A stretch of 64,000 bases of DNA, taken from positions 32,001 through 96,000 of the forward strand of contig JBHLLP010000008.1 of the NCBI GenBank assembly GCA_048885525.1, in the 5' to 3' direction. Source of the DNA: Candidatus Hermodarchaeota archaeon. GTDB taxonomy: Archaea > Asgardarchaeota > Lokiarchaeia > Sigyniarchaeales > SOKP01. Shown here in pieces: positions 56,410-64,000 of the stretch. A model generated the notes under the pieces. That model worked only from the letters and a program-made list of their open reading frames with translations. It was not told where the DNA came from and ran no database searches. A program made the translations under genes and the position numbers. Position 1 is the stretch's first letter. The number at the start of each line of letters is the position of its first letter.

Positions 56410-57375
56410 TTACTCCCTTAAATTTAATTCTCTTACTCTCATTCGAATTTCATTTAGAAAAGGCATTGAATCTTGGGCCCCTTTTCTCGTGACTGCAATT
56501 GAAGCTGCTATATTTGCGTATTTCGAAGCATCTAAGACTGAATTACCTTTACTTAACATACTTGCCAAAACCCCAACAAAACAATCACCAGCTCCAACTG
56601 TATCCACAGCTTTCACTTCAGGTGCTCTTACTTCGAAAAATTTTTCAGTTTTTTTTTCAAAAATTATACATCCTTTACTTCCTAATGTTGTTATAACATA
56701 TTTTATTCCTAAGTTTGCAAGTTGTTTTGAAATATGAATAATTCTTTGTTTTCCCTTCTCTTTTAAATTCTTGAACCCTAATAAAGAATATAAACGATAG
56801 AGTTCACCCTCATTTGGAATAATTATATCAATTTTTTTTAAAATATCAATTGGAATGTTTTTTAGTGGAGCTGGATTTAGAATTTTAATTACATTACCTT
56901 CAGATGCGATTGAAAATATTTCTTTAATAGTGTTTATTGGGATTTCCATCTGGACAACAACTGAATTTGCATTTTTAATGACGAGGGATCTAGCTATAAT
57001 TTCTTCAGAATTCAGTTTAAAATTTGCTCCTGGGGCTACGCTTATCATATTTTCTCCATTTTCGTCAATTAATATAAAAGCCACTCCGCTCGGTTCTTCC
57101 GAATCTCTGATAATGTAATCCATATTAATACCTTCATTTTTTAATCGAGAAACCATCTGATCCCCAAATAGATCGAGACCGATTTTCCCAATATAAAAAG
57201 TTGTAGTTCCCGATCTCACAGAAGCAACTGCTTGATTTGCTCCTTTTCCACCAAGGGTTTGTTTAAATACTCCTCCTGTAACTGTTTCTCCAGGATTTGG
57301 AAGTCTCTTAGAATAAATATTTAAATCCATATTACTAGAACCAATTATAAGCACATAATTAGTTTCTTCAGACAT
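56410..57375 (-). CDS. rbsK: Ribokinase (PfkB family)
   Basis: GSSNMD, GGKGANQAVA, LNPAP, PNEGE, VDTVGAGDCF. Confidence 0.92.
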   Translation of the reverse strand: MSEETNYVLIIGSSNMDLNIYSKRLPNPGETVTGGVFKQTLGGKGANQAVASVRSGTTTFYIGKIGLDLFGDQMVSRLKNEGINMDYIIRDSEEPSGVAFILIDENGENMISVAPGANFKLNSEEIIARSLVIKNANSVVVQMEIPINTIKEIFSIASEGNVIKILNPAPLKNIPIDILKKIDIIIPNEGELYRLYSLLGFKNLKEKGKQRIIHISKQLANLGIKYVITTLGSKGCIIFEKKTEKFFEVRAPEVKAVDTVGAGDCFVGVLASMLSKGNSVLDASKYANIAASIAVTRKGAQDSMPFLNEIRMRVRELNLRE

Positions 57376-57510
57376 AAGAGGTACCCTTATAATTAGCGAT
57401 TCTTAAAATTTTTATTATCTCTTTATAATCTATTTATGGATCATCATAATATTTTATTTACGATCCTCTAGTTTTTGATCGAATGGTTTTAATTGAATAA
57501 TTTTTTAAAA

Positions 57511-57545
57511 ATAATATTAAGCATAATTCACATGCTTAACATTAT
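57511..57545. promoter_or_regulatory. 14-bp inverted repeat between divergent genes
   Basis: ATAATATTAAGCAT-N7-ATGCTTAACATTAT (13/14 match). Confidence 0.45.
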
Positions 57546-57596
57546 AAAGAATTAATAATGTTAAATAAAATAATAAAAATCTAAAAGGTTATAGCC

Positions 57597-57911
57597 ATGG
57601 CTAAGGATAAAGTTATTGGAGCCATAGTAATGATTGTTGGCATTCTCATTGCGATCATCTATACCATGGGGTCGATTGTAGATTTATTGTTTGACACAAT
57701 CTGGAATAACCCAAATTGGGATTCATGGATTAGAATCTTTGGAATAGACTGGCTTGACTGGAAACTGTTTGTGGTCGCACCTCTTTGGCTTTTAGTAATA
57801 CTTATTGCTATCATAGCTATTTGGATTGGTTATAGTATGTTAACTACCCCTGCGCCCGTTCCACTTGAAGAATTAGAGGAGGAATTAGCTGCAGAAGAAG
57901 CCGAGGAATAA
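57597..57911 (+). CDS. 2-TM membrane protein, DPM2-like
   Basis: DKVIGAI..IIYT..VVAPL..WIGYSMLTT; pattern resembles recalled DPM2. Confidence 0.6.
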   Translation: MAKDKVIGAIVMIVGILIAIIYTMGSIVDLLFDTIWNNPNWDSWIRIFGIDWLDWKLFVVAPLWLLVILIAIIAIWIGYSMLTTPAPVPLEELEEELAAEEAEE

Positions 57912-57961
57912 GTTATAATACAAATTTTCTTTTTTTTATTTTAAATTTTATTTGAATTATA

Positions 57962-59086
57962 TTAATTTAAACTTTCCTTTAATTTAGACATTCTAATTGT
58001 TCCATCATCATGGCAACTAAAGATTAATTTCTTTTCTTTTAGAAATTGAATCATATTTATACAGGAATGATATTTTTTAATACATAATATTTTACCTGTT
58101 TTTTCTTCAATAATGAGGAGCTCTCCTCTAGTAGTGCCAGCAAGAATAAATAAATTATCCTGATTTACTATAATTCTTAAAACCTCAATATTAAATCCTA
58201 TAGTTTCCCAAATAACCTCTAGAAATTCATTTAAACAAATTATATTTGAAGTAAATTCAATTTTTTCAATTGGTACTGCATCATTAAGATAATCAAAAGA
58301 ATAAGAACTAACGAGAAGTTTATTATAAATCAAGTATGGATAAGAGATGCATTTCCAAACATAATTATTGAATTCTTTTGTTTTAATTTCATTTTTTGAT
58401 TTCTTATTTATAATATGTAATTTCTTGTCATCTCCTCCACAAATTACTAATGTACCTTTAATTGTATTCATATAAGTAATAGATCGTAGTTTATTAGAAT
58501 ATTTTTTGTACCATAAAAGTTTTCCATTGGTTCCGTTAAAACTTCTGATAGTTCCATCATTTGCGCAGGCAATTATTTCTTTTTTAAGTCCCATTTTATC
58601 GTTCATAAAAATAATCATCTCTCCTATTCCCTCTTCAAAAACTTGACCCCAAATTAAATTACCAGTAAATGGGTCTAAAATCCTTAAAGTTTTATCAAGA
58701 GAACACGCAATTACTTCAATTATTTTATCATTATTTATATCACCAATAATTATTCCACTAATAGAGGAATCAAATTTATGAGCCCATAAAAGCTCAAAAT
58801 TATTTTTTGCATTAGGTTTAAAGACTCTTAATAAGCCATCCATTCCACCAAGAATTATTTCATTTTTTCCATCATTATCAATATCATAGACTTTTAAATG
58901 CCAAATCGGTAAATCTTTCGAAATTGTCTTTTCATGAAGTAATTTGCCAATAAGGGATATAACCAACATAACTCCATTTCTAGTATAAGCCAAAATCTCA
59001 ATTTGTCCATTACCATCAATATCAGCTAATTCAATTCCTAAAATCGGTAAATTATATTTGAAATTCCAAAGTTCTTTAACTATCAA
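57962..59086 (-). CDS. Beta-propeller protein with FG-GAP/WD-like blades
   Basis: DIDGNGQIEI, DIDNDGKNEIILGGMDGLLRVF, GDINND, DGTIR. Confidence 0.8.
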   Translation of the reverse strand: MIVKELWNFKYNLPILGIELADIDGNGQIEILAYTRNGVMLVISLIGKLLHEKTISKDLPIWHLKVYDIDNDGKNEIILGGMDGLLRVFKPNAKNNFELLWAHKFDSSISGIIIGDINNDKIIEVIACSLDKTLRILDPFTGNLIWGQVFEEGIGEMIIFMNDKMGLKKEIIACANDGTIRSFNGTNGKLLWYKKYSNKLRSITYMNTIKGTLVICGGDDKKLHIINKKSKNEIKTKEFNNYVWKCISYPYLIYNKLLVSSYSFDYLNDAVPIEKIEFTSNIICLNEFLEVIWETIGFNIEVLRIIVNQDNLFILAGTTRGELLIIEEKTGKILCIKKYHSCINMIQFLKEKKLIFSCHDDGTIRMSKLKESLN

Positions 59087-59259
59087 CGTGAATCGATATC
59101 ATGAAATTAAAAGATCTAATTTAAATTTTTAAAATAATAAGTAATTGATAACTTTTCTTAATAAAAACGAAATTTATATTTTTTCTATTATTATCAAAGT
59201 TAGGATTATTATAAAATAATCAAATTACAGAAATAAGAACTGAAAGGAGTCAAAAAACT

Positions 59260-59457
59260 ATGTCATTCGATATAAAAATCGATATGGATGCCTGTACTGG
59301 ATGTGGTACATGCTATGAAGTGTGCCCTTCTGAATGTTTTGGTGAACCTGAAGGTGGAAAAGTACATGTTCTTGAAGAAAACAGGGAAGATTGTGTTGGT
59401 TGTAGAGCTTGTGAAACTCAATGTCCTGAAGAGGCAATAGAAATTATAGAAAACTAA
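59260..59457 (+). CDS. 2[4Fe-4S] ferredoxin
   Basis: CTGCGTCYEVCP and CVGCRACETQCP; AAGGAG RBS. Confidence 0.95.
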   Translation: MSFDIKIDMDACTGCGTCYEVCPSECFGEPEGGKVHVLEENREDCVGCRACETQCPEEAIEIIEN

Positions 59458-59690
59458 GTTTTTAGAATCAGTAATTATTTTTTATTTTTTTCATTTTTTC
59501 CTTCTACTAGTTTTTTTAAAGTTTGTAAATCGTAAAACAGAAACATGATGCTTACTTTTATAAGAGATGTAATATTCTTTAATCTAATTTAACTTAAACT
59601 TACCATCTTACTTTCTCTAGCATTAATAATAGATTATTAGAGGAGTAATTATAAATAAAAAGAAATTTATAGTATTTTAAACAAAAAAGA

Positions 59691-60818
59691 TTACCATAGT
59701 AATATCCTGCCACACTTTTTGCATATTCCCTCATTCACTTGAGTATTAAGGCAATTTTCATGATACGGTGCACTACAAGCTTGACAGCCATATATTTTTC
59801 CTGTATATTCAGTAAAATCAAAACCACAATAAACACAGATACTAGTAAATGAGAAATCAGAACTATTAACATTTAATTCAATTATTTGAGAAGTTTCTGT
59901 CAAACCACCTCCTCCAATGGCTGGTGCTAAATAACCATTTTGTTGAGATGATGATACCCATTGTTCTTCTAAGGGAGGTTGATAATTCTGCTGTTGAGGT
60001 TGAGGAGTTTGCCAATTAGAAACATATTGAGATAACGACGTTTTTGAAAGACCCATTTTTTGAGATATTTTCTCATCTAAAATATTAGTCAAAATTAATG
60101 CAGAAGCATATTTCCCCTTAGCTCCTCCTTTTTGTAAATGAGTATGACTGATCATATGAATTACTCGTCCACCTCTTTTTCCATAATTAAACTCGACAAG
60201 TACAGGAGATTCTCCCCACTTATTTTGAATTTCCCACGAGTTAATTAACACTCTAACGGCCTCATGATTTATAACTTGTATTGGGAACGAACGCGTTTCT
60301 AACCACCACCGAAATTCACTTTTTTTTGTGTTCTTAACCGTCTGTTTTTGCCACTTACTTTGTTGAATTTCACTTAGGACTCCTTCTAAGAAGGGGTGGT
60401 TTGGTTCAATAATTTGACAAGCAACGACAGCATCAGCAGTTTTTGCGTGATTCCAACGTATATAACCAGGAAAAATATTTTCAACGATACTACGTAGAGC
60501 CCAATCAGTAGTTATTAACCATCCCCCATTCATTACAAAATCTCTAATTTTTGGATGAGAAGCATATGGGATATCACTTCCTGGACACCCTATAAGTACA
60601 ACATCATACTCAGACAAGTCTTCTTTTATAATTTCTTTCTCTTTTACTACTTTCTTTAAGGATGCATACATATGTTCAATGACTTTTTTTGGTTTCTCAT
60701 ATCTTCCGCTAACAGCTAAAACTTTTCCATGTTTTTCAACAGCTTGGACCACATCTTTTTTATTTAGTGTTTCCATTTTGCGTTTCTTGACTTCCGAATA
60801 TAAATCTTTCCAGCTCAT
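59691..60818 (-). CDS. Glutamine-amidotransferase-like fold plus C-terminal RING/PHD-like finger
   Basis: DLSEYDVVLIGCPG..FVMNGGWLITTDW..GGRVIH; CVYC..CQAC..YHENC..CKKC. Confidence 0.65.
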   Translation of the reverse strand: MSWKDLYSEVKKRKMETLNKKDVVQAVEKHGKVLAVSGRYEKPKKVIEHMYASLKKVVKEKEIIKEDLSEYDVVLIGCPGSDIPYASHPKIRDFVMNGGWLITTDWALRSIVENIFPGYIRWNHAKTADAVVACQIIEPNHPFLEGVLSEIQQSKWQKQTVKNTKKSEFRWWLETRSFPIQVINHEAVRVLINSWEIQNKWGESPVLVEFNYGKRGGRVIHMISHTHLQKGGAKGKYASALILTNILDEKISQKMGLSKTSLSQYVSNWQTPQPQQQNYQPPLEEQWVSSSQQNGYLAPAIGGGGLTETSQIIELNVNSSDFSFTSICVYCGFDFTEYTGKIYGCQACSAPYHENCLNTQVNEGICKKCGRILLW

Positions 60819-60914
60819 TTGATAAGCCTTTAAATAAAGTTATAAGGAATTTAGTGTTATTTTATAATTATTATAAATGAATCAATATATATATTTTGAT
60901 TAAAAGGGATAGTT

Positions 60915-62411
60915 TTGCTAGATTTAAAAGATTTAGGGCAACCCAATGAATTTTGGGAATATTTCGAAAAAGTTTCTAAAATTCCTAGATGTTCTGAGCA
61001 TGAAGAGAAAATTAGGTCTTTTATAAAGGAGGAATCAGAGAGTTTGGGTTTTAGAAGTAAGATTGATTCAACTGGTAATTTAGTAATCAATATTCCTTCA
61101 AACTTAAAGCAAAAAACAAAATGTGTTTTGCAATGCCATATGGATATGGTTTGTGAAAAAAATGAATCTATTGTACATGATTTTTCAAAAGATCCATTGA
61201 AATTAAGCATTGAAGAAATAGATAATGAAAAATGGCTCACAGCTGAAGGAACAACTTTGGGTGCAGATAATGGAGTAGGAATATGTTACATATTAACTCT
61301 AATGAAAAAAATTCAAAAAGGAGAATTAAATTTTAACTCTTTAGGATTGGATTTATTATTTACTATTGATGAAGAACAAGGTCTTAGAGGTGCATTTAAA
61401 ATTAAAAAAGATTTTTTCGATGGAAATTATCTGATCAACCTTGATTCAGAAGAAGATGATGCGGTGACAATAGGATGTGCTGGAGGGCTTGTTCATTTTA
61501 TCGAAATAACGAAAGATACAATAGATTTAAACCAAAACATTGAAAAATTCGTACCAATAAATGTTTTTGTTTTTGGTTTATTAGGAGGACATTCAGGAGT
61601 GGATATTCATTTAGGGAGAGGAAATGCTTTAAAAATAATGGGCCAGCTTCTATGGAAATTAAATCAAGAATTTTTAATTCATCTTTGTTCAATTGATGGA
61701 GGAAACCGAACTAATGCTATACCTAGAGAAGTAAATGCCATCCTTTATGCTGAAAAAGATAGATATAATGAGATACTATCTTTTATTAATACTACTTTTA
61801 ATGATATAAAAGTGATTTTCAATGGAGTCGAACCCAATTTAGAACTTTCAATTGAGCAATTAGATAAGTATAGTAATTTTAAGGTTTTATCAAAAAAAAT
61901 TCAAAATAAATTATTGGATATTATTTACTTAATACCTAATGGTCCTATATCGATGCATCCCCGAATTGAGGGTTTAGTGTTTACATCAAGTAATTTAGCG
62001 ACGATAAAAACAAGAAAAAATGATATAGAAATCAAAATAAGTCAAAGAAGTTTAAGTGAATATTTTAAAAATGTAATATGGGAAAAGACAAAAGCATTAC
62101 TAGATATAAGTGGTTTAAACATTAATATTAAAAAAGATTCTGATTATCCGGGATGGACACCGAATTTTAAATCCACACTATTATCACATTGTAAAGAAAT
62201 ATATAAAAACTTGTTTCATAAGGATATAAAAATTAAAGCTATTCACGCTGGTTTAGAGTGTGGAATTTTAAAAAAGAAGTTTCCTCAAATGGAAATGATT
62301 TCAATAGGACCGAGAAACGAGGGTGCTCATTCACCAGATGAACGATTACTTATTAAATCTGTAGAAAAAGTTTGGAAATTATTAATAAGTTTAATAAAAA
62401 AATTAAGTTAA
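60915..62411 (+). CDS. pepD: Aminoacyl-histidine dipeptidase (M20)
   Basis: LQCHMDMVCEK, TTLGADNG, TIDEE, NLDSEE, GGHSG.DIH, IHAGLECG, HSPDE. Confidence 0.95.
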   Translation: MLDLKDLGQPNEFWEYFEKVSKIPRCSEHEEKIRSFIKEESESLGFRSKIDSTGNLVINIPSNLKQKTKCVLQCHMDMVCEKNESIVHDFSKDPLKLSIEEIDNEKWLTAEGTTLGADNGVGICYILTLMKKIQKGELNFNSLGLDLLFTIDEEQGLRGAFKIKKDFFDGNYLINLDSEEDDAVTIGCAGGLVHFIEITKDTIDLNQNIEKFVPINVFVFGLLGGHSGVDIHLGRGNALKIMGQLLWKLNQEFLIHLCSIDGGNRTNAIPREVNAILYAEKDRYNEILSFINTTFNDIKVIFNGVEPNLELSIEQLDKYSNFKVLSKKIQNKLLDIIYLIPNGPISMHPRIEGLVFTSSNLATIKTRKNDIEIKISQRSLSEYFKNVIWEKTKALLDISGLNINIKKDSDYPGWTPNFKSTLLSHCKEIYKNLFHKDIKIKAIHAGLECGILKKKFPQMEMISIGPRNEGAHSPDERLLIKSVEKVWKLLISLIKKLS

Positions 62412-62480
62412 TATATAAGAATTAGTTAAAAAACCTTTGAAAAACTTAATAAATTTGATTTAATAATAATTTCATAGTAT

Positions 62481-62987
62481 ATGCAAAAAGATACAACTAA
62501 GAAAGAAGAAATTATCGGGTCAGAAACTGTTTTAGAAAAAATTAAAAGCAGAACCCCATGGATTTTTGGAAAATCACTTAGGAAACCCAAAATTAGTTTC
62601 CCTAAAATGAGGCTTCCACGAATTTCCCTTCCAATGCCATCAAGATCTTTAAGTATTGTAATAATCTTTATAATGTTGTTTGTTTTGCAGACAGGAGTCG
62701 TTTATATCCTCGTTCGAGACCCTCCTGCCCTAGGGGCTAATTCTGCTGGAGATCCTGTATTCATCTTTAACAATATTCATGAAAGTTTTATTATCGAAGG
62801 AATAATTGCTTCTATATTAATATTTTTTTGCTCAATGGGATTTATTTTATTATATCAAGCATCTAAATATGTATATAATAAAAAGATGGCAATTTGGATT
62901 TTATTAATTGGTGTTTTGATGATTATTATAACCTTTATATTGCTACAATATATACTATCCGTGAAAACAGGAACAACTCAAATTTAA
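62481..62987 (+). CDS. Oligosaccharyltransferase accessory subunit, DC2/OSTC (OST3/6 TM-domain)-like
   Basis: MPS..TGVVY.LV.DPPALG..PVF..FIIEGIIAS..MGFILL; 3 TM. Confidence 0.75.
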   Translation: MQKDTTKKEEIIGSETVLEKIKSRTPWIFGKSLRKPKISFPKMRLPRISLPMPSRSLSIVIIFIMLFVLQTGVVYILVRDPPALGANSAGDPVFIFNNIHESFIIEGIIASILIFFCSMGFILLYQASKYVYNKKMAIWILLIGVLMIIITFILLQYILSVKTGTTQI

Positions 62988-63008
62988 TTGCAAAGATAAA
63001 AAAGAGAT

Positions 63009-63998
63009 TTACTTAAGTTTACAAATTTTTAGTTCATCATAATCTACAATAATTTTATATAAACCTTTCATTTTTTCATCCAATTCAGGATCTCTAGTAT
63101 CTATCCGTAATATTTGATTAGCTATAGTTTGTAATTTAAATTTAGTTGCAACTATAATTAAATCTTTTAAACTTATTGCCTTCAATACTTTTGGTGAGAT
63201 TTGTAAGTTTCCCCTTCCAAAAAGAAATCCTTGTTGACCTATTAAGGATATGATAATTTTTACTTTTCTTTCTTCAAGAATTTTGAGAATTTGTTGTTCA
63301 TTTAAATCTTGGGCAATAACCTTCTCATTAAGTAATAGATCTATTCCCAAAAGCGTTTTTTTCTGATATAATTGGTCGGTAATTGCTTTAACCGTAGTTC
63401 CAGGACCTAATAAATAATAGATATCTTTCTCAAGAATTTCAATAATTCTTTTTGCTATTCTTTCTTGATTATCTAAATCTGAGGTAGGACTACCAATTTT
63501 TGAGGTTTGGTAAAATTCTGGAGTATAAGGGATTAGGAGATATCCATATAATTTTGAAATTAAATTTCCTTTTCTGTATTCATTTTCATTAATATCTAAG
63601 ACTTCCGATTCTCTTAAGAAAATTTCACCACATAAAAACTGTATTATGATAGAGCTTGCTGCTTTAGGATTAATAGAAAAGACACTGGAAAAGATTTTAA
63701 CTCCAGCAGGTATCCCGAGACAAGGTTTTTCATTACCAACCACTTTTAAAATATCTCGAGCAGTACCATCACCACCTACAAAGATTATAAGTTTTAATTT
63801 TTTTGATTTCTTCATAATTTCCGCTGCTATTTCAGTATGGCGAGATGTTGTATCTAAAATATTTTTTATCCTTGAAAAAGCGGGATGTTTGACACAAACA
63901 TATTCAAAATTCATCTCGTTTAAAATATTTTCACCCATGCTTCCTGGACATGTGACAAATTTTAAGTTTGTTTTTATTGATTTCAGTTCATTTAATAA
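63009..63998 (-). CDS. ATP-NAD kinase-like family protein (5' end beyond window)
   Basis: FVGGDGTARD, LGIPAGVKIFSSVF, GPGTT, KTLLGID, GFLFGRGNLQ; frame open to the window edge. Confidence 0.88.
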   Translation of the reverse strand, partial: LLNELKSIKTNLKFVTCPGSMGENILNEMNFEYVCVKHPAFSRIKNILDTTSRHTEIAAEIMKKSKKLKLIIFVGGDGTARDILKVVGNEKPCLGIPAGVKIFSSVFSINPKAASSIIIQFLCGEIFLRESEVLDINENEYRKGNLISKLYGYLLIPYTPEFYQTSKIGSPTSDLDNQERIAKRIIEILEKDIYYLLGPGTTVKAITDQLYQKKTLLGIDLLLNEKVIAQDLNEQQILKILEERKVKIIISLIGQQGFLFGRGNLQISPKVLKAISLKDLIIVATKFKLQTIANQILRIDTRDPELDEKMKGLYKIIVDYDELKICKLK

Positions 63999-64000
63999 AG

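Noticed and set aside
2412-61692. Short overlapping ORFs in the track (e.g. 4628-4876, 8953-9411, 10413-10757, 16770-17207, 34886-35197, 48902-49243, 60857-61240)
   Set aside because: Antisense or off-frame shadows of well-supported genes.
1-64000. CRISPR arrays, rRNA, IS elements, prophage, PSTK/SelD
   Set aside because: No spaced repeat arrays, rRNA-like sequence, transposase/integrase or matching motifs seen.

Overview
Very AT-rich, gene-dense archaeal chromosome segment that reads as Asgard archaea, most likely Lokiarchaeia. Support: archaeal ribosomal clusters, BHB-intron tRNAs, a selenocysteine module (SepSecS, 9/4 tRNA-Sec, SelB), and eukaryote-signature-like genes (Rag/Arf-like GTPase, roadblock, Vps28, Yip1, LITAF-like, DC2/OSTC-like, DPM2-like, EMC3/TMCO1). 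No rRNA, CRISPR array or transposase was seen. Best leads: (1) a small zinc-ribbon gene (6308-6507), missed by the ORF track, is split by a 29-nt insert that folds into a tRNA-type bulge-helix-bulge motif; removing it at the predicted cut sites restores the frame and the second CxxC, so it is a candidate endonuclease-spliced mRNA intron. (2) The adjacent two-component locus has a receiver fused to a C9orf72/uDENN-longin-like domain, directly upstream of a Rag-like GTPase. (3) A two-intron tRNA-Ile with a UAU anticodon. (4) Two repeated upstream motifs suggest regulons, one linking two probable cobalamin-uptake genes. (5) Two ribosomal genes appear to start at ATT/ATA. All family calls come from motif recognition and recalled reference sequences; no database search was run.
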